Shown: piece after piece, positions 1-8,751 of the stretch | How positions within the stretch are numbered: the stretch's first letter is position 1 | Layout of the letters: each line of letters begins with the position of its first letter | Assembly: GCA_019721075.1 (NCBI GenBank) | Contig: JAHEAD010000009.1 | Span: 1 to 29,887 of the forward strand | Length of the DNA: 29,887 bases | From: Candidatus Sysuiplasma jiujiangense | Lineage (GTDB): Archaea > Thermoplasmatota > Thermoplasmata > Sysuiplasmatales > Sysuiplasmataceae | Reading direction: 5' to 3' | The notes under the pieces: generated by a model | What the model was told of the DNA's origin: nothing | Database searches by the model: none | What the model saw: only the letters and a program-made list of their open reading frames with translations | Made by a program: the position numbers and the translations under genes

Positions 1-2
1 TG

Positions 3-1076
3 GAGAAGGTGTTTCCGGGCACACCCATCGGACTGTGCAAATTCCATTTCCTCAGGGATCTAGGCAGGGACATCATGGAATACAGGCACACGCTGCTCGG
101 CAAGACGCTCGGGCGTCTCGGAACAAAGAGTGCACTGAAACGTGTGCTGCAGTCGCTGCCTGCATACGACACAAAACTGCTGCGTGAGGTGGGCGAGGAC
201 TACTGTTCGGACGGCGCCGGTCTCGCGAGAATGGTCGTGAGGCACACGCTGGAGGAACTGGTCTATACCGGTGAAAGCAGCGGCCGCGGCTTCCCGTTCT
301 CCCTCAGGCACCTCGAATTCGTGACGGACTGCCTGTCGGCGCTTCCGTCGCTCAGGGAGATGGACGCAGTCACGAACGACGCGCCGATTGCACAGGCGAT
401 AGCGGCGCTGGAACTGCTTGCCGCAGACGCGCTCGCGACGAGACTCACCAAAGAACTCACAGGCATAAACGGCGTATTCTGCAAACTGAGGATTGCCATG
501 TACCCGAAGCACGGGGGCACGCCGCTTTCAGACGAGCCGAAACGCACCAATGGGGAGATGGAGGAGGACTGCGAAACTGTCATCGGCACACTGGATGTGT
601 ACATGAAGACAAACATACCTCCATACATGCTGGAGGCTGCAAAGCACATAGTCGAACAGTACAGTAAATGGAAGAGCCATCTCTTCGTGAGGGAACTCGA
701 CGGCATTGCCCACACGAACAACTCGCTGGAACAGCTGTTCAGGAGGGTGAGGCGCAATGTCAGGCGCAGGTGCGGCGACATGGCAACGGGCCACCAGCTC
801 ACGCTGAACGGGGAGCGCCTGCTGCTCTTTCAAAACATATCGAACAGGAAATACATCGCGGCAGTATTCGGCAATGAGGACATTGCCTCCGTGTTCGGAA
901 GGGAGAGGGCACTCCTTCCGAAAACTGTTGCCATGACTCACAGGAAACGGGCGGAACTGCTGGAAAAGGGCAGGCGGATGCTGCACTCGGGCAATGTGCC
1001 CGTCACTGTCTATACGGATAAACTGTGGGATGAGGCGCAGGCCGCGAGGCAGGCGCAGGCGGCACAGCACGGCTGA
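3..1076 (+). mobile_element. DDE transposase (IS256/Mutator-like or ISNCY-type), 5'-truncated by the window edge
   Basis: Frame is open from position 3 (EKVFP...). Contains the VFP-x5-C-K-F-H (CxxH) motif and the TNNxLE-x-F-RR-x-RR segment carrying the third catalytic acid. Visibly more GC-rich than downstream genes. Confidence 0.8.
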
Positions 1077-1509
1077 CACTGCTCCTGCAAGAATGGAAGG
1101 TCGGTCATGTTTCAGAAGCTGATGTATCTGCGGCACTCATTGCCTAACCCTTTATGTCCGCCATAGGGGCGCTTCATCCCATGAATGAATTCTCGGGCTT
1201 TCGCGACCTTTTTAGGTAATCATTTCTGTCCGCGCTGACCAGCGGCACGGTGCAGTAATTCATCCTTTCCAGCGCCGGAAATGCGGCGTATGCCGTATCG
1301 TGTGTCTGTTGCAACTGTCTGAATGTGCGCACAATCTCTGTTTCATCATGAATCGGCAGGCAGGCAAAAGGACTGCGGTCGCAGGGACATTACGCATCTG
1401 CCGGCTCTGCATTTGTGCCGTCATGTTTTGTTACCGTGACAGTTCTACTCCGGATAACGTCTTTGGAACAAACTCTGCGCCACTGTCTGGCAGTCATGTC
1501 AGTGGAGAA

Positions 1510-2448
1510 TCACCTGCCGTGAAGCGCCGCCGCAACGATCAGCGGCAGTGTTATGGTTGCATCGCCTTCGACAGTCACATGCCTTGCATCAGTCCTGAGT
1601 TTTCCCCAGGAAATCGCCTCCCTGGTCTGTGCGCCTGACAGGCTGCCGTCAAATTCGTTCGCGGTAGTGAGATAAACAGCGTAATCCAGACCGCCCCTGA
1701 ACTGATTCCACCAGATTGTATGGTGCTTCGATATTCCTCCGCCTATCATGATGGCACCTGTTTTCTTTGCAGAAAATACAATATCGGATAGCATGTGCTC
1801 ATCCTTCAGCAGATCCACATTGAAGTCTCTGTGTTTCTGCCAGAACATCCAGAGTTGCGAACCTACCGCGCCGTCTGTTATCCCGGGCACGAACACAGGT
1901 ATACTGTTTTTGCTTGACCAGTAAAGCAGGCTCTGCCTGCTGCCTGCAAATTCGCCCAGCCTGTCCAGCAGCTCGGCGGTCGAAGGTTTTCTGATGCCTT
2001 CTGAATAGATTTCCTCAAGGAATTTCTGCATTTTCTCTTCTATTATTGGGCCGTATGATCCTTCGGGGATGAGTATGTTTCCGAGACGGTGGATGCCCTT
2101 CTTTTTAAGCTCCACGTCGTCCATCTCGAAACTGCCATGGTAATAGTCTTTCCAAATCCTTGCAAGGTCGTGATCAAGGGTGCCGCAGGTGGTAATAACA
2201 GCCGAAACGGTTTTGTCCCTGATCAGCTTGAGAAGAACACCGCGTGTACCGGTAGACACTATGTCGGCTGGAAAGGAGAGGAAAATATATGCATGCGATG
2301 AAATCATCTTCCGGACAATCCTCACCGCCTCCCCTACCTTCCTGGCAGTGAATCCGCCGGATCTGTACATCTGCTCCGTCAGATCGTGGAAGGTTGAACA
2401 TCTGTCAATATCCATGTCGACGACTTTTTCGGCATTAATGTGCTTCAT
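1510..2448 (-). CDS. dys: Deoxyhypusine synthase
   Basis: Motifs GGFTA, TTCGTLDHD, RLGNI, PGITDGAVG, GGGISKHH, DGSLSGAxxxEAISWGK (catalytic Lys), GDATI. Confidence 0.96.
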   Translation of the reverse strand: MKHINAEKVVDMDIDRCSTFHDLTEQMYRSGGFTARKVGEAVRIVRKMISSHAYIFLSFPADIVSTGTRGVLLKLIRDKTVSAVITTCGTLDHDLARIWKDYYHGSFEMDDVELKKKGIHRLGNILIPEGSYGPIIEEKMQKFLEEIYSEGIRKPSTAELLDRLGEFAGSRQSLLYWSSKNSIPVFVPGITDGAVGSQLWMFWQKHRDFNVDLLKDEHMLSDIVFSAKKTGAIMIGGGISKHHTIWWNQFRGGLDYAVYLTTANEFDGSLSGAQTREAISWGKLRTDARHVTVEGDATITLPLIVAAALHGR

Positions 2449-2549
2449 AGCCTGAGTGAATGTAAACGGATAGAAATATTATTACAATCCGCTGTTCAAA
2501 AGATTGATTAACCAAATCGCCGGTAGGACGGACTATGGTGACATCGTAG

Positions 2550-2747
2550 GTGACGGAGCGGATTCCCCCACACAAGCACTGCAAGCAGTGCGGAAAGCCC
2601 GTTTCAATGGACGAAACATTCTGCTCGAACGGGTGCCGCGACGACTACAGGAATATGCTGCGGAAGAGGAAGAGGCAGCTCTATCTCTATTACGTCCTGA
2701 TCATGATAATTCTTCTACTTGCCCTGACCTACGTGAGCAGGTTATGA
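2550..2747 (+). CDS. DUF2116-family Zn-ribbon membrane protein
   Basis: IPPHKHCxxCG...FCSxxC followed by a basic stretch and a C-terminal hydrophobic helix. GTG start with upstream GGTGA. Stop overlaps the next start (ATGA, 2744-2747). Confidence 0.85.
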   Translation: MTERIPPHKHCKQCGKPVSMDETFCSNGCRDDYRNMLRKRKRQLYLYYVLIMIILLLALTYVSRL

Positions 2748-3760
2748 CCGGAAAAACAATATGTCTCGGTGGAACATTCAACGTCCTGCATGACGGTCAC
2801 AGGATGCTGCTGAGGACCGCGTTTGAAAGCGCAGACAGTGTGATTATCGGCCTGACATCAGACTTGATGGCTTCAGGAAGGAGGAAATTCGTGAGGCCGT
2901 ATGATCACAGATACAGCTCGCTAAGAAACTTCTGCTCGAAATTTGGCAGTGAATTCGGCATTTACAGGATCGATGATCCGTACGGCCCCTCGATCGAGAT
3001 AAGCGCCATAGACGCCATAGCAGTAACAGAAGACAACTCGTTCAGGGCGGCGGAAATCAACAGGATAAGGGTGAAGAAGAGCATGAAACCTCTGCGTATT
3101 ATCGAAGTACCCGTTATCCGGGCGGCTGACGGACTTCCGTTGAGCTCAACTCGCATACTGAACGGCGAGTGCGACAGGCATGGCAATGTTCTGTCTGAGT
3201 TGCGCATAGGCATAGGGTCCTCGAATCCGTCGAAGATAGAAGGGATTGAAAGGGCGTTCCGGCGTTATGGAAGGGATTTCTCCAATCCTGTTTTCCTGCC
3301 CGTTGCAACGGAATCGCGCGTTCCTGACCAGCCGCTGGACAGAAGAGATACAGTAAGGGGTGCACTGAACAGAGCGACGCAGTCACTGAAGGGAAACGAC
3401 ATCGGCGTCGGCATTGAGGCCGGTCTTATGGAAAGCGGAATTAAGGGTGTTTTCCTTGATGTCCAGTTCTGCGTAATTATTGACAAAGCCGGAGGAAAAA
3501 CCTGCGGTCAGGGGATCGGTTTCCAGTATCCGGCATCCGTGACAGGTATGCTGACATCCGGCAAAGGCTCGGCCGGAACCGTCATGTCGGAGCTTTCCGG
3601 CATAACAGATATAGGCAGGAAAAACGGCGCCATAGGTTATCTTTCGCGCGGCGTTCTGAGCAGGAGTCATATCACCGAGGATGCTGTCATCGCCGCTCTC
3701 CTGCCGAGGATTAACCGTGAATTGTATGCCATCCCTGCACATCATGCGGCGAAATGGTAA
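2744..3760 (+). CDS. coaD: Bifunctional archaeal phosphopantetheine adenylyltransferase / non-canonical purine NTP (ITP/XTP) phosphatase (YjjX-like)
   Basis: N-terminal GGTFNVLHDGH (HxGH), DPYGP, LSSTRI. C-terminal GSSNPSK, VPDQP, GALNRA, GIEAG, GAIGYLS. Start placed at ATG 2744, not at the 2504 ORF-track start that runs across the DUF2116 gene. Confidence 0.88.
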   Translation: MTGKTICLGGTFNVLHDGHRMLLRTAFESADSVIIGLTSDLMASGRRKFVRPYDHRYSSLRNFCSKFGSEFGIYRIDDPYGPSIEISAIDAIAVTEDNSFRAAEINRIRVKKSMKPLRIIEVPVIRAADGLPLSSTRILNGECDRHGNVLSELRIGIGSSNPSKIEGIERAFRRYGRDFSNPVFLPVATESRVPDQPLDRRDTVRGALNRATQSLKGNDIGVGIEAGLMESGIKGVFLDVQFCVIIDKAGGKTCGQGIGFQYPASVTGMLTSGKGSAGTVMSELSGITDIGRKNGAIGYLSRGVLSRSHITEDAVIAALLPRINRELYAIPAHHAAKW

Positions 3761-3847
3761 AATTCGATGATACTGCAGCACATTCTGCATATACATGCCT
3801 GTTGCCGGCTGATGTTCCGCCGCAATGCATACAGTTACCGGCGGAAG

Positions 3848-3947
3848 CGCTGAGGGGGAGATTTGAACTCCCGAGTCGCAGAGCGACACCGGCTTACTCG
3901 ACTGGTACTCAAGGCCGGCGCCTTGAACCGGGCTTAGCTACCTCAGC
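3848..3947 (-). tRNA. tRNA-Ser(TGA) with 13-nt intron at 37/38 (3895-3907)
   Basis: Minus strand: acceptor GCTGAGG/CCTCAGC, discriminator G, anticodon stem CCGGC/GCCGG, loop CT-TGA-G[TACCAGTCGAGTA]A, long variable arm GTCGC-TCT-GCGAC, T-arm GGGAG-TTCAAAT-CTCCC. CTTG pairs with intron CGAG as the BHB/BHL central helix. Confidence 0.93.
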
Positions 3948-5566
3948 TTTATCAGTTCGGTTACGTCGAGTTCGAACCCCACCACGGGGTTGAATAAATT
4001 AAAGTTTGTTATCACTTCCGGATGCAATTCTCCGAAAATTCCGATCGCCTTGTTGCCGCTGTGAATTTCTGCCTGTCTTCCGGCGATGAATCTTTCATCG
4101 GTCGAAGCGATAAACTCGCCGCCGAACTTCAGATCCCTCAGCAGCGCATCAACAAGCGATTTGCTCTCCGAAAAGGTTGCCTTCGGATGTATGCTGAGTG
4201 CGGCAAGATGTTTTCTCCTGGAAGGTGTGTGTACATCGCCTATCTCGTAAATGCGCTGTGGGAGCTCGTTGTGCTTGTTTGCCTCGAACAGTTTCAGGAG
4301 TCCGGGAAGCAGCGAAAGCCTCAGTATTTCTGTGTCCTCTGTTACCGGGTTGATCAGACGAACGGCATCTTTTTCACTCAGGCGCATCATTCCGAACTGC
4401 ATTCTGACCGAACTGAGCATGAAGGAAACTGTCTGCATGTAGCCGTAGCCGGCCATAAGTTCGAAAATCAGGTTCGAGAATATCGTAGCCGGCAGCATGG
4501 TTCCGTTTGTCTGTCTCTTTGACTGAGTGTTTCCGAAATTTTCATAGCCGTAGGCAATTGCAGCATCTTCGGCTATGTCGACGGGATGCATGATATCCAT
4601 CCTGTAGGGAGGTATGCCGGCGACAATGGCACTTTTTTCATTCTGCACTGTGTAACCCATCCTTTCTAGCAGGTCCGCCAGTCTGTCCTGTGAAAACTTC
4701 AACCCGGTTACTGAATTGACCAGCGAAGACGGAACGGTCATATGATCGAAGGCCATGTCTGGATAGCGCTCCGTGCTGCCGCCGCTTTCAACTACTGCGG
4801 ATTCGATGATGCCGCCGCGTTCCGAAAGCGCGGAGCAGAGAATATTGAGCACCCTGCTGCATACGGCGGTATCTACGCCATTCACGTCGAAGAGAACATT
4901 TCTTGTCTTTTCCGTCAGAGCGGAAACTGTTCCGTTGATGATCGGGGGCATTGACAGCACTTTTCCCCTCGCATCAGTTATGCAGGGATAAGGACCGCCG
5001 CCGAGGAGTGGCCCGTATTCAATGCCTTTTTCATGTCCTCTGACAATTTCATCGGGGGTCATTACATCAGTCATTCCGAGCGGCTCGAAACTGATTTCCT
5101 TTCCGCCGTACGCCCTGAACAGGAACGGCGGCGTTACCCTGTCAAGGTCATGTATCCCTATCGATACCTTTTTCCTCCGCCTTCCTACTGTAAGATGTAG
5201 TTTTTCCTGTAGATCTATCAGCGACTTCAGCGCGCCGTCGTCCATGACAATGTTCCTCACCACACCGCACAGCATCACGGGCCTGAGGTTTTTGACCGAA
5301 TCATCGACGGTCATTCTCACCTTTCCCTCATTCACGGCGAATACCTTAGGCCTCGACAGTCCGTACAGATGTTTCAGGGAGCGTGCCACTCCTTCTACGG
5401 AATAATGATCCGGCCTGTTGGGGAAAAACTCGAACCTGAGTATTCCCGCTTCGCTGCCTTCAAAACTTGCCCCCATCATCGGAATGGCGGACTGGAACCA
5501 CTCTGAATCCTTATCCAGTCCTGAAAGACTGACCAGATCCCGGAGCTTCAAATCAATTACTGGCAT
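3938..5566 (-). CDS. pheT: Phenylalanine--tRNA ligase beta subunit
   Basis: MPVI start, PNRPD, LIDLQEKLH, IGIHD, LSMPPIING, PPYRMDIMHPVDIAED, LRLSLLPGLL, FGELHPEV. Confidence 0.96.
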   Translation of the reverse strand: MPVIDLKLRDLVSLSGLDKDSEWFQSAIPMMGASFEGSEAGILRFEFFPNRPDHYSVEGVARSLKHLYGLSRPKVFAVNEGKVRMTVDDSVKNLRPVMLCGVVRNIVMDDGALKSLIDLQEKLHLTVGRRRKKVSIGIHDLDRVTPPFLFRAYGGKEISFEPLGMTDVMTPDEIVRGHEKGIEYGPLLGGGPYPCITDARGKVLSMPPIINGTVSALTEKTRNVLFDVNGVDTAVCSRVLNILCSALSERGGIIESAVVESGGSTERYPDMAFDHMTVPSSLVNSVTGLKFSQDRLADLLERMGYTVQNEKSAIVAGIPPYRMDIMHPVDIAEDAAIAYGYENFGNTQSKRQTNGTMLPATIFSNLIFELMAGYGYMQTVSFMLSSVRMQFGMMRLSEKDAVRLINPVTEDTEILRLSLLPGLLKLFEANKHNELPQRIYEIGDVHTPSRRKHLAALSIHPKATFSESKSLVDALLRDLKFGGEFIASTDERFIAGRQAEIHSGNKAIGIFGELHPEVITNFNLFNPVVGFELDVTELIKLR

Positions 5567-5668
5567 TCAACTGACCAACAACTGTTAGATGTATTTTAAT
5601 CTAAAGTGAGTCGGCTTCCGAACATGGAATAAATACAAATTGGTGCAGCCGATGTTGTCCTGACTCCA

Positions 5669-6481
5669 ATGAAGTGGAACGTAGCTGTTCTCGGCGCGGG
5701 AAAGATAGGGGAGGCCGTGGCAAGATGCCTCTCTGCCTCGGATTTGACTGCTTCTGTGACTGTAACGAAGAGGAATCCCTCAACCCTGAAACTGGAAGAC
5801 AGGAAGATACTCATCTCAGACAGGAATGACGAAGCGTGCAAACGGTCGGAAATTGTCGTGATAGCTGTAAAGGCAGGCGATGCGATGAAGCTCATTTCAC
5901 AGATCGGCGAACATGTCCGCGGCAAACTCGTCATTTCGCTGATGGCTGCAATAAGCATTGATCGGCTGCAGCAGCATCTGCCTGAAAGCAAGATAATAAG
6001 GGCGATGCCGAACATAGCCGCATCCATAGGCGAATCGATTACAGCGTTCTGCGTCGGCCGGACTGTCACGGATGAAGAAAGGCGCACGGGAATTTCCGTT
6101 CTCGGTACGTTTGGTGACACGGTGGAAGTTAAAGAATCGCAGATGGACGCTGTGACGGCGTTGTCGGGGAGCGGACCTGCATATATTGCAATAATCATCG
6201 ATGCCATGATTAGCGCGGGACTCAAGGTAGGACTGTCGAGGGAAATCGCATTCAGGCTGGTGACCAGAACACTGACAGGAACAGCCGATCTGCTGAACAG
6301 GCACCCTCTGCATCCCGCAGAACTCAGGGACGCTGTCACAACTCCCGCGGGAACGACGATTGCAGGCATATATGAACTTGAAAAGGGATCGGTGCGCACC
6401 AGCATCATGAATGCAGTGGAGGCAGCCACAGAGGCATCTAAAAAGGTGGCCCTCCGGTTCGACGGAGAGTTTAATGTGTAA
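5669..6481 (+). CDS. proC: Pyrroline-5-carboxylate reductase
   Basis: GAGKIG Rossmann motif, IAVK, RAMPN, TALSGSGPAY, VTTPAGTTIAG. Confidence 0.95.
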   Translation: MKWNVAVLGAGKIGEAVARCLSASDLTASVTVTKRNPSTLKLEDRKILISDRNDEACKRSEIVVIAVKAGDAMKLISQIGEHVRGKLVISLMAAISIDRLQQHLPESKIIRAMPNIAASIGESITAFCVGRTVTDEERRTGISVLGTFGDTVEVKESQMDAVTALSGSGPAYIAIIIDAMISAGLKVGLSREIAFRLVTRTLTGTADLLNRHPLHPAELRDAVTTPAGTTIAGIYELEKGSVRTSIMNAVEAATEASKKVALRFDGEFNV

Positions 6482-6534
6482 TGCAGCGGAAGGCTCAGTT
6501 CATTTCGTCCGGATTGGAAGCAGGAGGCTGAAAA

Positions 6535-7431
6535 TTGCAGTCATCCCCGAAAACTGAAATGACTGTTCCGTACAGGAAATGCGATCTCTTTCCCGGACCT
6601 GGCCAAATTGCATTCTACCACGGAGACGCGGGCGCAATTCTCAGGGAAATCGTTGACGAGAGAAGCGTTGATGTTGTCGTCACATCCCCGCCGTACAACA
6701 TCGGCAAGCCCTACGGTCCATATCAGGACAGACTGCCAAGGGAGAAATACATTGACTGGATTGCCGAAATATGCACATCTGTCGGCAGGGTGCTGTCTGA
6801 CGGAGGTTCCTTTTTTCTGAACCTCGGCCAAATACCGAAGGATCAGTTCCTTCCTCTGGAAATTGCACTACGGCTTAAGGAAAATTTTCACCTGCAGAAC
6901 ACAATCCACTGGGTAAAATCGATATCTGTGCAGAAGAAGGATCAGGTAAATGGAGGCACCGTTACCGAAACTGTGGGGCATGTTAAGCCTCTGAGGAGCG
7001 ACAGGTATCTCAATGACGAACATGAGTACATTTTCCATTTTACACTGCATGGCGATGTCAGCATTGACAAACTCGCAGTCGGTGTGCCCTACAAGGACAA
7101 ATCGAACATAGGCCGATGGCGGAGTGTCCGGTCAGATCTCAGGGACCGTGGAAATGTATGGCACATACCATACAAAACAATACAGAGCAGGAAGCAGAGG
7201 CCGCATCCTGCGACGTTTCCCGTGATGCTTCCCGAATTCTGCATCAAGCTGCATGGGCTCTCAAAGACACGCATGGTGATGGATCCGTTCAACGGCACAG
7301 GAAGCACGGCGCTCGCCTGCGCTTCCCTGAGCAGGAATTATATCGGCATTGACATAAACAGCGCATATCTAGACGAGTCATTCAATGCGGTGAACGACTT
7401 CCTCAGGGAAAAAAGGAACAGAATGTCCTGA
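6535..7431 (+). CDS. Site-specific DNA methyltransferase, beta class (probably N4-cytosine)
   Basis: Catalytic TSPPY precedes HPATFP and the SAM-binding DPFNGTGST. Start uncertain (TTG 6535 or ATG 6559). Confidence 0.9.
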   Translation: MQSSPKTEMTVPYRKCDLFPGPGQIAFYHGDAGAILREIVDERSVDVVVTSPPYNIGKPYGPYQDRLPREKYIDWIAEICTSVGRVLSDGGSFFLNLGQIPKDQFLPLEIALRLKENFHLQNTIHWVKSISVQKKDQVNGGTVTETVGHVKPLRSDRYLNDEHEYIFHFTLHGDVSIDKLAVGVPYKDKSNIGRWRSVRSDLRDRGNVWHIPYKTIQSRKQRPHPATFPVMLPEFCIKLHGLSKTRMVMDPFNGTGSTALACASLSRNYIGIDINSAYLDESFNAVNDFLREKRNRMS

Positions 7432-7444
7432 TTCTCCGTATCGT

Positions 7445-8650
7445 TCAGGGTCTCTTGTTCACCCTCATGTACAGGTAGATATCGGAGACGTTTGTCCCCG
7501 AATCGCCGATCCTGAACGATGTGCCGGTAATGTCGAAAAATTTACCGGAATTAAAACTGTCCAGGAAACAGGCAGCCTCGCTTCTGCCGATGGCAGACGT
7601 GACGGCACCTGCATTAGTTGTATTTCCGTCATGACCGTCCGTTGCCAGGGCCACGACAAATTCCCCTTTTTTCAGGAGCATTCCTGCCTCAATGGCGAAG
7701 TGCTGGCATCTCCCTCCATAACCCCTGGACAGGACATTGACGAGCGCTTCACCGCCTGAGATAAAAATACCATCCCCCCTCAGTGCACGCCGCGCTCTTG
7801 CGATGAAACCCGGAACTTCGGCTTCAGTCCGTGAAGTGATGCGCCTGCTGTCGACGGCTGCAGGCAAGCCATTCCTCCTTGCAAACGACACAATTCCGGA
7901 AACGGCAGTCGAATTGTCTGCTATGATGGTGTTGCGGGCCGACGAAAGCATCCTGTCCCCCTTTCTGACCGTTTCCCATTTTCCGGACGCCAGTTCATCT
8001 ATCCTTTCACTGGAAAACATCTTCGTGACATCGTATTTTCTCATGATTGCCAGCGCATCGCTAACAGTTGTGGGATCACCGCACATTGGCCCCGATCCTA
8101 TGTCCTCGAGACGATTCCCTGTGACGTCGGAAATGAGAAGGGACTGGACTTTCCTCGGAAAGCAGTGCTTTGCCAGCTTCCCTCCCTTTACATCCGAAAT
8201 GTGCCTTCTCACGCAATTGAGCTCTCCGATGCTGGCAGCCGACATGAGCAGTTTTTCGGTTATGTTCCTTTTCTCCTCGATCGCGACTGGTTCAATTGGC
8301 ACGGAAAGCATGGCGGATGCTCCTCCGCTCAGCAGAAATATTATTGCGGACGATTCAGGCAGGGAGTCTATTTCGTCAATCATAGCCTCTGTATTTTTTA
8401 CAGAGGAGATGCTGGTAAGCGGATGGGAGCATTTCTTCAGGGATATTCGCCCGGACCGGCCGTTCTCCAGGCAGTTGATCTGCCCGCCCGCAAATTCGAA
8501 ATCCGATGCGGGCAGTGCCCTCAGCATACCTGCGGATGCTTTACCAGCTCCGTAGCAATACAATTCCGCCGCATTCTCTGCCGCAAATCTGCGTACTGCC
8601 TTTCCCCTGCGAGAAGCCAGAAATTCACGGAGTACGGATGAAGGACTCAC
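7445..8650 (-). CDS. Glycerate kinase class II (GckA/TtuD; DUF4147 + MOFRL) family protein
   Basis: GAGKAS, SHP, LLSGGAS, RRHISxVKGG, SDV, SGP, GGE, GGR, TDGxDG, GTNV motifs. True start probably lies upstream of GTG 8650 (see findings). Confidence 0.85.
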   Translation of the reverse strand: MSPSSVLREFLASRRGKAVRRFAAENAAELYCYGAGKASAGMLRALPASDFEFAGGQINCLENGRSGRISLKKCSHPLTSISSVKNTEAMIDEIDSLPESSAIIFLLSGGASAMLSVPIEPVAIEEKRNITEKLLMSAASIGELNCVRRHISDVKGGKLAKHCFPRKVQSLLISDVTGNRLEDIGSGPMCGDPTTVSDALAIMRKYDVTKMFSSERIDELASGKWETVRKGDRMLSSARNTIIADNSTAVSGIVSFARRNGLPAAVDSRRITSRTEAEVPGFIARARRALRGDGIFISGGEALVNVLSRGYGGRCQHFAIEAGMLLKKGEFVVALATDGHDGNTTNAGAVTSAIGRSEAACFLDSFNSGKFFDITGTSFRIGDSGTNVSDIYLYMRVNKRP

Positions 8651-8751
8651 TGCGTCGATTGCAGACCTTATGCAGCCTTCGATGATTCTCGTTACGTTCT
8701 CGCCGAATGCACTGCTTATCCCGGCAAAACCAACGCCCTGGCCGCTATGGT

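Noticed and set aside
1171..1509. Spacer between transposase and dys (ORF 1300-1638)
   Set aside because: The ORF overlaps dys antisense; no convincing repeat, RNA structure or protein motif.
2504..2743. N-terminal extension of the PPAT-ITPase ORF
   Set aside because: It overlaps the DUF2116-like gene; homology starts at ATG 2744 with an ATGA overlap.
2744..3760. PPAT-ITPase fusion as a novelty
   Set aside because: To my knowledge this fusion is already known in Thermoplasmata.
3938..5566. pheT without an adjacent pheS
   Set aside because: The two subunit genes are often unlinked in archaea.
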